Assembly: GCF_009914755.1 (NCBI RefSeq)
Contig: NC_060938.1
Length of the DNA stretch: 64,000 nucleotides
Reading direction: 5' to 3' (one strand)
Source of the DNA: the human T2T-CHM13v2.0 reference genome, Homo sapiens
Shown: positions 14,780-31,035 of the stretch, piece by piece
Position numbering within the stretch: the stretch's first letter is position 1
How the letters are laid out: each line of letters begins with the position of its first letter
The notes under the pieces: model-generated
Databases searched by the model: none
Told to the model about the DNA's origin: nothing
Seen by the model: the letters and a program-made list of their open reading frames with translations, nothing else
Position numbers and translations under genes: made by a program

Positions 14780-16090
14780 GTGTCCTATTGAGGAATGGCA
14801 GGTTTGTTTCATGAAAGGCACTTAAGCAGGAGAGTGACAGGATCAGATGGGCATTTCAGCACAATTGTTCTGGCGGCAGTGAGGATTAGAGAAAAGGAGG
14901 CAGGAAACTATTTGTCTCTGTCTCGGGAGACCAGGAAAGTAATCCCGTTCCTGAGAATTTAGCCTGGAGAAACTCTCAAACATCTGTTCAAAAACAGCAA
15001 TGCTCCACTGTTTGTATTAGCAAAAAACCCTAAATGTTCTTCCACAGAGAATAAATAAATAGATTGTAGTATAGAGCCATAATAGAATACCATATGGTAG
15101 TTAACATGAATGAATTAGGGCAACATGTGGCAAAAAGAAGAAAAAACAAAATTGAGTGAAGGAAGCAGGCTGCAGAGAATATATACAGTATGACGTTATT
15201 TTAGTAAAGTTTAAAAACCTACAAAGTGCACTTTGAATTGTTTATGAACATATAAATGTCTACAGAAAATATTAACATACGTGAGATTGATAATAGCAAA
15301 TTCATGAGAATGCCCTGGGAAAGGGGGACTCAGGGACTAGGGGACGAGCTAGTCAAGGTGGGTTTCAATACCTATATTTTTATATAATATGTATTAATAC
15401 ATATGTAGTAAGTAAGTAGTGGAGCTGGATTCAAACCAGTGACCTCTGGCAGTTGAAATATACATTAAATACATAAATTTATATATATTTCTTTAAATAA
15501 ACTGGCAAACATGACATGATAATGTTGAGATGTTGATAAAACTAGTAGAACACAATTGTTTATTATTCTCTGAACTCAATTGTATATTTGAAACAGATTA
15601 TGTCATTTTTAAAAAGTGAAGCTTGGACCCAAAAGCAAAAGAACAAAGAGAAAGAAAGAAAAGAAAGCAAGCACTCTGGAAGCAGTGCAGCCCAAGACAG
15701 GGAGCTGGGCGATAGACCCCGCGATGTCCTCCAAGAAGTGGCGTGAACTGGTGCAGTGGCAGCAGGAAAGGGAGGCCGTGGGAAGCAGGTGGACTGTTGG
15801 GTCATGGGAAGTGGGGGAGGCGGTGGAATCCAAATGACTCCCAGCATTTTGGCTGGTGTGGCTGAGTGGGTGGACAAGCCAATCACCAAGAAAGGGAATG
15901 TAGGAGAAGTAACAGGTTTGGCTGGGTTGTGATGCACAAAGATCAGTTTCAGACTTGTTCAGTTTGACATTCTTCCAGGAAGAAACATCCAATATGCAAT
16001 CTGATTTTTAGGCTGGGGGTTCAAGGTCTGGGACAGAAATAGAAATTTGGTCATCATCAGCATTTGGGGGAAATCATGATCATTATGAGA
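14780..16090. mobile_element. Degraded L2 segments flanking an old L1 (L1ME-like) 3' fragment (~14930-15610)
   Basis: L2-like gagagtgacaggatcagat and tcagtttcagacttgttcagtttgac; L1 3'-like tgagtgaaggaagcaggctgcagagaatatatacagtatga. Confidence 0.5.
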
Positions 16091-16146
16091 TTATAAGTCT
16101 TAATTTAACAAAAATGCACATATATACTATGCATAACAATTAAAAT

Positions 16147-16458
16147 GTTTTGTTTTGCTTGTTTTTGTTTTTTAAAGAGACAGGGTCTTGCTCTGTTGTC
16201 CAGGCTGGAGTGCAGTGGTGCTGTCATAGCTTGCTGCAGCTTTGGACTCCTGGGCTCAAGTGATCCTCTCACCTCAGCCTCCTGAGTGGCTGGGACTACA
16301 GGCACGAACTACCATGCCTGTCTAATTTTTAAATTTTTTGTAGAGATGGAGTCTTGCTATGTTGTCCAGGCTGGTCTTGAACTTCTGGCCTCAAGTGACT
16401 TTCCTGCCTTGGCCTCCCAAAGTGCTGGAATTATGGGGGTGAGCCACAGCACCTGGCT
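16147..16458 (-). mobile_element. AluJ
   Basis: gtcatagcttgctgcagc...ctgggctcaagtgatcctc. Confidence 0.9.
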
Positions 16459-16679
16459 AAAATATATTTTAATGGAAGATGAGCTCAGGTACAAGAAGTA
16501 TCATATGTAAGTAAAATACTAATTCTGACTTTTACTCATTGTATTGGAAATTCTAAAAGTAGTAACCTGCCCCATTACCTATGATGTGGAGTATTGTGTG
16601 GTCTGAAGGAACTTAATAATGATCCACCAGCAAAAAGACATTGCCAAATCACCAATGGGAAACCAACCTGATGTTGGCA

Positions 16680-16815
16680 ACCCAGCTAATGCTCAGAATC
16701 ACCAGGGTAATCTACAAAAGTGATGCAGAATTCAGACTGACTGAACCAGAATCCTGGGGGCGGGGCCTAAGAATCAGATTTTTGAAAAGCTCCATAATCA
16801 GGCTGGTCATTGGTT
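16680..16815. mobile_element. MER5-like hAT-Charlie fragment
   Basis: cagaatcacc...ctgaaccagaatcctgggggcggggcctaagaatc. Confidence 0.55.
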
Positions 16816-16884
16816 GGGTGTAGGAGATGCGGTAACAGTTCCTGGACAGCAGTCGCCATCTGCCTTGGTGGGGTCTGTCTGCCT

Positions 16885-17080
16885 CTGTGTGATGCTCCAC
16901 TGGGACCTTGGAAAAATCATTTCAACTCTTTGTTTTTTGGTTTGTTTATCTATAAATGGGGGTAAAAATAGTACCTACTCTTGGGTTAGCTGTAAGGATT
17001 AAATGAATTAATTTATGTCAACTACTTATAATAGGGTCTGGCACAATAGTATAAACATGCCATAAAAGATAGTTACTAGT
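16885..17080 (+). mobile_element. MIR
   Basis: tctataaatgggggtaaaaatagtacctactc...gtaaggattaaatga. Confidence 0.75.
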
Positions 17081-18379
17081 TTTTATTAACATATATGCCA
17101 CAAGTGCACTGGCACACCATTTCTGCTACTATTTTTGTTAACAAAAATATTCTAATAATATTTTTTAAAAGAATAATAGTCTATACTTGAGTCCTTTATG
17201 CTAAGATTGTCACTTCTCCTATCTTCCAAGCCTCCTGAGGTTTTTGCCTTACTTGTTCTATTTCTTTGGCACAGGACATTTATCCTGGAGCTATTGGAAA
17301 CATGGAGGCATATTTTATGCACTAACTAGCCTGAGAGAGTTTTGGCATTCAATAGTAGGTGGATTCTGATTCAAATGGTTTATTACTCTCCAGTGCCTCA
17401 GCAGACCTGATGATATTCAGAGTTTCTGGCAGCTTCAGAGGCAGTATTTCATTGGTTAAGAAAATTGCTTCTAAGCAAATCTGGTTTGTTGGACTTCAGG
17501 CCCATGCATGCCCTAAATACCTAATTATATGGACTTAAACTGATTTAGAAATATTGTATTCCAACCAGATTTTTGAAGGGAAGATTCCCGAATTATTTTG
17601 GTAAACATAGGGTATTAATCCAAAAAGGTGCATAAAGATGAAAAAGAACACATGTACATTATAGACATACTCTTAACCAATCTTACTAATCACCTCATGC
17701 TAACCATGCACCTTGGGTATATTTTGTGAATACCATGATGACTCATCTTGACAGAATTCCTTCCTTTGAGCTGGAGATGCAAGGTTAAAAAAAAAAAAGA
17801 ATTTTCCTTTACGTTGAAAGTTACTCAGTAGTTTTGACTTCATGAGAAGCTAATAATTATAAGATTTTTACCTATTAAGCAGTTAATTCTAAACAATTAC
17901 TAAAGCACATTTGGAGAGCTAAGACAAAACAAAGCCAAGTGAGAGAGGGAATGAAATGATGCAGCATTAAAATTTCAACACAGAATAAAAATGCTCAACC
18001 TTACCAGTCATTAGGGAAATGCAAATTAAAACCACAGGGAAATACCACTACATACTTAGCAGAATGGCTACAATCAGAAAAACTGTCAATCAACTGTTGA
18101 CAAGGATGTGGAGGAACTGGACCTCTCAAATACTGCTGGTGAAATTGCAAAATGGTACAACCACTTTGGAATCAGTTTGACAGTTTCTTATAAAGTTGAA
18201 CTATGCTACTATTTGTCCCAGCAGTCTCACTCTCAGGTATTTACCCAAGAGAGATGAAAACTTAAAACAAACACCTTTATGTAAATACTTATAGCAGCTT
18301 TATTCATAATTATCCCAACCTGGAAACAACCCAAATGTCCTTCAGTGGGTGAATGAATAAATAATCTCTGGTATATCCA

Positions 18380-18824
18380 TGTGGAAGGCTGAATAATGAC
18401 CCTTCAGATAATATCATGGCCTGATACCTGGAACCTGTGAATGTTACCTTATATGGCAAAGAAAAAGAAAAAAAGACTGCAAATGTGATTAAGTTAAGGA
18501 TCCTGGCATGGGGAGATTTCATGTATCCTTATAAATGAAAGTTAAGGGGAGATTTGACTCTAGACAGACAGAAGATGAGGCACTATGACCAGAGAGGCAA
18601 AGATTGGAGTGATGTGGCCATAAGCCAAGGAATGCTGGCAGCCACCAGTAGCTGGCAAGTAACAGATTAGCCCCTAAAATTTCTAGAGGCCCTGCCAACA
18701 CCTTGATTTTAGTCCAGTAATACTGATTTTGGACTTCTGGCCTCCAGAACTGTGAGAGAATAAATTTCTGTTGCTTTAAGCTATCAATGTGGTAATTTCT
18801 TATAGCAGCCACAAGAAACTAATG
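18380..18824 (+). mobile_element. MLT1 (MLT1B/C/D-like) MaLR LTR
   Basis: aacctgtgaatgttaccttatatggcaaa...ctccagaactgtgagagaataaatttc...aaactaat. Confidence 0.85.
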
Positions 18825-19049
18825 CCCCGCACAATAGAATACTATTCAGTGATAAAAAACGAACCAACTATTGATATATACAACAACATGAATGAATCTC
18901 TGATGTATTATGCTTAGTGAAAGAAAGACTCAAAAGGCTGTATCTTTCATATATCACTGTATGATTTCATTTCTATAACATCCTTGGAAAGGCAAAACTA
19001 CAGGAATCAAGAACAGATCCATGGTTGCTGGAGTTAAGGTTGATTATGA

Positions 19050-19406
<357 letters not shown>

Positions 19407-19887
19407 TGAATGTTGATTGTGATGGTGGTTTATACACTCTATTTACTTGTCAAAACTCAAAAAACTGTATAGCAAAGAGAGTAAATATTACTGTATGTAT
19501 ACTTTAAAATAAAATTTAAAAAACAGCTCAAGCTTTAGCAGCCAGGAAAAATGTTGAAGTGTTAAACTTCAAAGATCATGTAACACAGGTTCCTGCCCTA
19601 AGAAGCACTGGTTTTCAACTCAGACCTCAATCAGAAAGTTTCTCTTTCTATCAAAGCAGAAGTTAACCCTTTCTTTGGTGGCTGACAATGTAGCAACACA
19701 AAAGAGTGGAACTGAGAGCATCTTTTTATAGACCACTGGAGAGAGAACACAGAGTTCATATGAGAGAGAAGAGAATGCTCCTGGGCCATGAGAAGAGAGA
19801 GAAGCCTCATTTCCAGGGCACTTGGTAACAGGAGTCTGCATTTGTAGGGTGTATTAAAAGGAACAAACTTCTTTAAGAACTATCCTT

Positions 19888-20513
<626 letters not shown>

Positions 20514-21656
20514 AAGGTGAATTTTAAACAACCAAAGACTGAGAATTTCTGCTAAAGGTCAAGGATGCAAGAAAGTGACATCCTACTGCATGCAGATCTG
20601 AGTGAGACAAGAGATGAGAGGCATAGCAGAGTTTGGACAGTACAAAATGTAAAGTGGACCAGAGTAGAGCCTATTCTCAGTCATATCAACCTCACTAAAG
20701 GTTTTCACTCAGAAGGGAATGAGTGTTTCTGACAGAATCCTTGCAACATTGGTCATCTATAGTATTCATTATGCTTGACTGTAGTGTTAGCATTCCATGT
20801 ACTAGTTCTGTTATTGTCAACAGTTCTTTTGTTGCTTTCACAAAATTCAATGTTGAAGTAACCCTTTTAGGCACTGCTGCCATGCAGGCTTGTTAATTAG
20901 AAGCAAGTTGAATGCTGGAGGATGATTACCAAAAATGATCGTTTGAGTTTTGAAATACTGTAAATACCATCTCTGAAACTTGTGTGGTCCAAAAACTTAA
21001 GCAGTACAAAATGCAGTCTTGTTATTTTGTGGTTAATAAAACTATTCAGAGTGCAAAATTACAACAAGGTAGAGTTGTTCATTGATTGCCCTGGATAATT
21101 TTAAGAGTTTGACTCTGCTATCCAGTCTATCCTGGTCCCTGCTGGAGTTTGGTATCATATGGCAGCAGTTTATTGACATAAATATTTCTGGGGACAATTC
21201 TGGGTCCTGTGGCTGGCTGAGTCTTCTGGGACAGCAAAAATGATTCCAGGAATCTCTGGGTTAGTTGGCTCTCATCTCGATGGCTTAATCCAGAGACTGG
21301 GCCAAGAATATACTGTGGACTCAGGGACTCACTTCAAACTCTGCACTTCTTGAGATTGGAATTGTATGCATTTTCCCTCCCTGGCCTAGGCCTCATTTTC
21401 ATATTCCTCTGCTGAAGATAATAATTTTCGCTGACTCTTGTTTGAGAATCAGGGTTGGGCAGATAATGGAAGCCAATTGACAATTGCCTTATATTTGAAT
21501 TAATATAATTTCAGGTATGTCATCACTGTGGGTTTTGTTCGTTTGTTTTTATAGTAATTGGGATTAATTCATTATCTTTGACAAGTTGAAATCAGGCCAA
21601 TTATCTGTTAGGCCAGTCGAAGTTTGAGAAGAAAAAACATGTTGTCATCTTAAAAT

Positions 21657-22550
21657 GTAGTGATACTGAGCCTGCTTGTCCTCAGATATATTCCTCACTC
21701 TTCTCCTGCTCTGCAGGCCTGTTTCTCAGCACCTTGTACCAACTGAAATCTAGCTGAGTTTGACTAATGGGAGGCTGTTATAGCCAGAATAATGGTTCCT
21801 CAAAGATGTCCACACATTGCCTGGCAAAAGGGACTTTGTAGATGTGATTAAGGTTATGAGATGGAAAGATTATTGTGAATTAGCCATGTGGACTCACTCT
21901 AATCATATGAGCCCTTAAAACAGGAGAGAGTTCTCCGGCTGGGAGCAGGAGAGATAAGGCAGAGGGGAAGTCCGGGAAATTGGAAGCATGAGAAAGACTT
22001 GATCTGCCATTGCTGGCTCTGAAGATGAAGGGAGGCATGAACCAAGGAATGTGGGGGCAGCCTCTAGAGGTTGAAAGTCACTCCTATTTGACACTAAAGA
22101 AAGGAAACTGGGACCACAGTCTTACATTATCATGGAGCTGAATTTGCCAACAACCTGAAAGGGCTTGGAAGCAGATTCATACCTAGAGCCTTCAGAAAGG
22201 AGTGCAGCCCTGCCAACATCTTGATTTTGACCTTATGAGACTCTAAATAGGGGACCCAGGTGAGCCACACTGTACTGGGACTTCTGCTGTACATTTGTGA
22301 CCCGTTGGGGTTGTAGTAATATTAGTTTTTCATATAGTCCCTCCAACCCAAGGGTCCTAAGAGCTTCCTGCTGTTGCTCTGCCCATCTGAGGTAACATCC
22401 ATTCTCAGGTAGTCTTCTCAGGTAGTCTCAGATGCTGAGATCCAGTCTCAGCATCTTTTATCTCCTGTGTTATCAAGTCAGTGTAGTAAATTCCCTCTGC
22501 TTTAACTATTCTGAGTGGTTTCGATGTCCTAATTTGACCCTGTGTGACAA
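21657..22550 (+). mobile_element. ERVL LTR (LTR33-like) split by an MLT1E-like LTR (~21777-22300)
   Basis: MLT1 motifs ggcaaaagggactttgtagatgtgattaag and gccaacaacctga; LTR33-like end aaattccctctgc...ccctgtgtgaca. Confidence 0.6.
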
Positions 22551-22604
22551 TTATAGGATAATAGATATCTTGAAGTTTTTGGTGGTGTTGGAAGGGGGAT
22601 GCAA

Positions 22605-22885
22605 TCATTCATTCATTCAATAAACATTTATTGACAAGTCTATACTATATATCAGCAGTGAACAGGGAAGACAATCCTTGACTTCAATGAACTCTGCTCT
22701 TTAGTCAGGTAGGCAGAACTCTAATCAGGAATTGAAATAAAGCATTAGTATTGTGATAAGCGAAGAACAGAGGCCTATGAGAACATAGAGCAGGGAGTTC
22801 TTAAACTGATCTACGATCTAGAGAAGGATTCAATAAAGAGGAAATATTTAATGAGACTTGAAGATTGAGTAGGCTTATCCAGATC
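22605..22885 (-). mobile_element. L2 3' end
   Basis: tcattcattcattcaataaacatttattga. Confidence 0.7.
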
Positions 22886-24418
22886 TTCCAAAAGTATAAT
22901 TAATAAGGTGGGAAAGTGGGGTTGGTAGAGATTAAAACAACCCTGTTTTCTCCTGCTAGAACTTTAAATTGTTTTATTAAAAACAGTTTCTCTCAGTCCT
23001 GACTCTGTTGATAATATCAAGGTATTGGTTTTGAATAAACACTATGAGTCAGCAGGGTTACAGTAAACTCATAAGCTTAGTCAATGTCTGATTCTTGTCT
23101 GTGCAGAAGGAATGAATCAATAATGTGAAGGAAAGGTTAATACCATTTTCAAATATTATAAAGTTCTGTTGGATTGCCTAACCCAGCAGCCATTCTCAAT
23201 TCCTTTCTTGCCTGCCCATCACATTTTCATTCAGAGGCTTCTTTTCCCAGCCTCTTGTAGCTGGGAGCATCCCTGAAACATAGGTCTGGTCAACCAGACT
23301 GAAGCAGGATTTGTTGAGGATTTTCTGTCTTCCTAGTGAAAAGGACAGACGGGGCTTATGCTGCTTTTCCTCTCTTCGTACCTTGAATTGAGATATAATG
23401 TCTGAAATCACAACAGCTATTTTGTGGTCACGAGGCAACAAATGCAAATTTAAAAGCCATTATGATAAAGCATGGTCTATAGTAGAAGAGTATTTCCCAA
23501 ATCCTGTTTGCTCCTTATATAGAATCTAGCCTTAGAAGCCTTTGACTTGAGCTTTACTGAGGAAGAAACTGCATATGTCAAGCAGGAAAAACAAAAGCAA
23601 AAATGAGCCTTTTTCTTTACTATATAAGTAATATGTGTCAATTTTAGATAAATTACATATGATGTGTGAATTTTTAAAAAACCTAGATAGGACTTCTTGT
23701 TTCCCACCTGGCATATAAGAAGCTTAGAAGTTACCACGCTGGCCTTACAATAAGTAAAAAGCTGAACAAACTGAAAAATCGAGAACTCTTCTTAGATCTG
23801 TCAGAGAGTGAGATCACAGGGCAAACTGCTGCCTCAAAGATTGGAGAGAGACAGGCAGAAGCAGAATCACAACTTACTGGAGCAGAAACCTCTGCGGAAC
23901 CAGTGACAGGATAACTGAACTGTAATTGATGAATTAATAGAGGCTCAGTGTGGGCAGCTCTCAGAGTTAAAAATTCCAGGGAGACCCAGTCAAGGTGGGG
24001 ATGGGGGCACACTTTTGTGAGTTTTACTTCTGGGAACTCTACCAGCTCCTCACAATAAATATCGGATAATGTTATTGGATAATAAAGGAATAGGAACAAT
24101 ATTTGAAGCAATAATGACTGAGAATTTCCCCCAAATTAATGTCAGACACCAAACCACAGATCCAGGAAGCTCAAAATCAAGCAAGATAAATGCCAAAAAC
24201 ATTGCAACTATACATACCATATTAGATCATAAATATTGTGCTTCTGGCAGGGGGAGGGGAAAAAGAAACCATTTTGAAATACACCAGAGCGTTTTATTTT
24301 TCCTAACAAGGCCTGCCTCAGGAGAAACTATTTTACCAGAGCCCTACTTGCTGGGGCTTTATCACGGCCTAACCTACCTGGGGGAAGTGAAAGACCCAAC
24401 TCCAGCCTCCTCTAGCTA

Positions 24419-24886
<468 letters not shown>

Positions 24887-25078
24887 TTACTAAAATCCTA
24901 TTTACTTTACTTTTTTTTTTAAAACTCAGTACACCATGTTCACCTTTAACAAAAGCTTAAAAGGCATACTAAAAGGCAAAAAATGCTGTTTGAAGAGACT
25001 GAATGAGCATCAGAACCAGACTCAGATATGACAGGAATGTTGGAATTATCTGACTAGGAATTTAAAAAACTATAATTG

Positions 25079-25933
25079 CTCTCTCCTCCTGCCACCCAAG
25101 ATGCTGAAAAGAAGGCCAAGGGCAAAAAGGTGGCTCTGGCCTCTGCTGTCGTAAAGAAGCAGCAGGCCAAGAAAGTGGTGAATCCCTGTTTGAGAAAAAG
25201 CCTAAGAATTCTGGCATCGGACAGGACATCCGGCCTGAAAGCGAGCTCACTTGTTTTGTGAAATGGCCCCACTATATGAGGGCAGAGAGCCATTCTCTAT
25301 AAGCGGCTGAAAGTGCCTCTTGCGATTAACCAGTTTACCCAGGACCTGGAAGGCCAAACAGCTACTCAGCTGTTTAAGTTGGCCCAGAGACAAAGCAAGA
25401 GAAGCAGCAGAGGCTGTTGGCCCTGGCTGAGAAGAAAGCTCTGGGCAAAGGGGGCATCCCCACTAAGAGACCACCTGTCCTTCGAGCAGGAGTTAACACC
25501 GTCACCACCTTGGTGGAGAACAAGAAGGCTCAGCCCGTGGTGACTGCACAGGATGTCGAGCCCATCAAGCTGGTTGTCTTCCTGCCTGCCCTGTGCCATA
25601 AAATGGAGGTCCCTTACTGCGTTATCAAAAGGAAGGCAAGGCTGGGATGTCTAGTCCACAGGAAGACCTGCACCAATGCTGCTTTCACACAGGTTAACTC
25701 GGAAAACAAAGGGGCTTTGGCTAAGCTGGTGGAAGCTATCAGGACCAATTACAATGACAGATCTGATGAGATCTGCCGTCACTGGGGAGGCAAGGCCCTG
25801 GGTCCCAAGTCTGTGGCTCACATTGCCCATATGGAAAAGGCAAAGGCTAAAGAACTTGCCACCAAAGTGAGTTAAAGGTACACTGTTGAGTTTTCTGTAT
25901 ATAAAAATAATTAAAATAATACAAATTCTCCCA
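25079..25933 (+). pseudogene. RPL7A (pseudogene): Processed pseudogene of ribosomal protein L7a (eL8)
   Basis: Pyrimidine 5'TOP-like leader, ATG at 25101, KKAKGKKVA...KKVVNP, then [22 protein letters not shown]...[11 protein letters not shown] to stop 25875. Intronless with frameshifts. 15-bp TSD aaaaaactataat(t/c)g at 25064-25078 and 25934-25948. Confidence 0.97.
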
Positions 25934-26202
25934 AAAAAACTATAATCGATAAGCTAAGGGTTTTAATGATAAAAGTAGACAACATGGAATAGACAAATAA
26001 CATAAACAGAGAGATGAGTATTCTAAAAAAATGCTAGAGATATGAAAAGACTGTTACAGAAATGAAGAATGCCTTTGATGGGCTCATTAGAGACTGGATA
26101 TGGCTAAGGAAAGAATCTCTGAGCTAGAGGATATGGCAATAGGAACTTGTAAAACTGAAAAGCAGAGAGAAAAAAGACTGAAAAATCAGAACACAATATT
26201 CA

Positions 26203-26937
<735 letters not shown>

Positions 26938-28299
26938 TCAGTATTCCAAGAAGACATAATAATCCTTAATATGTATGCACCTAACTATAGGACATCAAAA
27001 TACATAAAGTGAAAACTGATAGAATTGCAAGGAGAAATAGATGAACCCGCTATTATAGTTGGAGATTTTAACACCCCTGTATCAGAAATGGACAAATACA
27101 GCAGACAGAAAATCAGTAAGTACATAGTTGAACTTAACAGCACCATCCATCAACTGGATATAGTTGGTATCTGTAGATTACTTCATCCAATAACAGGAGA
27201 AGATAGATTCTTCTCAAGATTCCATGGAACATTCACCAAGGCAGACCCATTTAATTTTTAACAAATTAAAAAGAATAAAAATCATACAATATCTCCTCTC
27301 AGACCACAATGAAATTAAACTTAGAAATCAATAACAGAAAGATATCTGGAAAATCCCCAAATACTTGGAGATTAAACACTTCGAAATAACACATAAGTCA
27401 AAAAAGAAATCTCAAGAAAAATTAAAAAATATTTTGAACTAAATGAAAGGAAAATACAACTTATCAAAATTTGTGGGATGCAGTGAAAGCAGTGCTTAGA
27501 AGGAAACTTATAGCATTAAATAAATATATTAGAAAAGAAGAAAAATCTACAATCAATCATCTAAGCTTCCACCTAAGTAAACTAGAAAAGGAAGAGCAAA
27601 TTAAATTCGAAGTAAACAGAAGAAAAGAAATAATAAACATTTGAGCAGCAATCAATGAAACTGAAAACAGGAAGTCAATAGAGAAAGTCAATAAAATCAG
27701 TTTTTACAAAAAAGCTAGTTTTTTGTAAAGGTCAACAAAAGTAATAAGCCTCTAGCCAAGCTAAGAAAAATAGAGAGAGAACAAAAATGACTAATATCAG
27801 AAATGAAAAAGAGTACATGACTGCAGATCCCATAGATATTATTAATACATGGATGATAAAGGAATATTATGAACAGTTCTATATCCAGAAATTTGATAAC
27901 CTAGATAAAAATGGACCAATTTCTTGAAAGACACTATCTGCCAAAACTCATGCAAGAAGAAATAGATGATCTGAATAGACTTGTGTCTACTACATAAATT
28001 GAATCAATAGTTAATAACCTTCCAAAACAGAAAGCCCAGATGGGTTCACTGGTAACTTTGCCAAACATTTAAGGAAGAAATTACATTAATTATTTACAGT
28101 CTCTTCTAGAAACAGAAGCAGAAGTAGTACTTCTTTACTCATTCTGTGAGGCCATAATTATCTTACCACCAAAATCAGACAAAGGCATTACAAGAAAACT
28201 ACAGATATATCTCTCATGAACATAGATACAAAAATCCTCAACAAAATATTAACAAATTGACAATACCAGGTGGCAAGGTGGTTTGGATCCAGGCTATGA

Positions 28300-28599
<300 letters not shown>

Positions 28600-28602
28600 T
28601 GA

Positions 28603-29234
<632 letters not shown>

Positions 29235-29445
29235 TTACTGGGACAGAATACTCCTTATAAAACCCTGGAACCCATTAAACCCCAACTGTTCCTAATGACT
29301 ATATGATGCATCCTGCTAGGTTTGGAAGTCATCATAGTCCAGGCAGGTCAGCTTCATTAAATCAGAAACCAAGGCAGACAATGAAAGTAGTGGAGGAAGG
29401 GAAGTCAAGAAAACAGAGGAAGCAGTAGTGTTAGTATTCACATAG

Positions 29446-29826
<381 letters not shown>

Positions 29827-30743
29827 TAATTTTTTTTTTGCTTTTAAAGTAGATTCTTGTTATTACTCAGTCATACTGTGGGACTGTTGTGGTTAACAGA
29901 ATCATCTTAGTATGTTTTAAAATGTGCTCATATTTTCAGGACATGCTATTTTATTGATATAATTGAATGTCTACCCATAAGCATAAATCTTTGAAGCAGT
30001 TTGTGTATTGCTAAACAGCAATTTATACAAGAGGCTGTCCATAACTGATGATGCTTATGTACTTACTTACACATTTCTAACTTTATGACCAGCCTAAATG
30101 TTCTGGGGAAGTAGGGTGTAATATTTAACAAATCATGGTTCAGATTGTACATGTTTAGGGCCGCTTGGTTACTAATGAATGCTGTGTCAGACTACTTAAA
30201 TGCTAAAGTCAGAAAACTTAAATGCTAGTGCTCATCATACTTTCTGTTTAGATTCTCTTATTTTAAAAAATACTGTTTGTTTAAAGCATGCATAAAAATA
30301 TATGTTTTGGAATATACTTAAAAGTTCCAAGATGCTTCCAGTTTGTGTAATATTTCCCTGGAGGACTCATACTTAGGTATCTTAAAATGAGTTGAATCTC
30401 CAAGGTCTTCATGAAACAAAAGAAGCAAATGGAGGGTTATCTGTAGTGCTGTAATTTGTACCTAAGTTTTTTAAGGAGTGGCATTTACATTATAATTTTT
30501 TTCCACTCATAAATATATAACTGAACCAAAGGTTTTTGTTTTTCTTTCACTGATTTGCTTTAAAAAAATAAACGATAGTGACTTATTGTAGAAGTACAGT
30601 TCTATTTTCTCAATATATTAACTTGGAAAAAATTGTAGCCTTATCTCAATTTGTCCCAACAACAATGTGATGAATTTTTATAGATTCAAAATCTGAGATG
30701 ACTATTTAGAAGTTAATCTACTGAATTCCATTTTTAAATAACC

Positions 30744-31035
30744 ATTTTTTTTTTTTGAGATGGAGTCTCACTCTGTTGCCAGGCTGGAGTGCAGTGGCAC
30801 AATCTTGGCTCACTGCAACCTCTGCCTCCTGGATTCAAGCGTTTGTCCTGCCCCAGCCTCCTGAGTAGCTGGGACTACAGGTGTGCACCACCATGCCCAG
30901 CTAATTTTTGTATTTTTAGTAGAGACACGGTTTCACCATGTTGGCCAGGATGGTCTCGATCTCCTGACCTCGTGATCCTCCCACCTCGGCCTCCCAAAAT
31001 GCTGGGATTACAGGTGTGAGCCACCATGCCTGGCC
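30744..31035 (-). mobile_element. AluSc-like inside the ABI1 pseudogene 3'UTR
   Basis: Antisense Alu; ttaaataa flanks both ends. Confidence 0.92.

Noticed and set aside
20695-20883. 62-aa ATG ORF in unique sequence (MAAVPKRV...)
   Set aside because: No recognisable homology, promoter or splice context; the length is expected by chance.
25417-25875. 152-aa RPL7A-like ORF as a real CDS
   Set aside because: Part of a frameshifted, intronless, TSD-flanked retrocopy with a non-ATG start.
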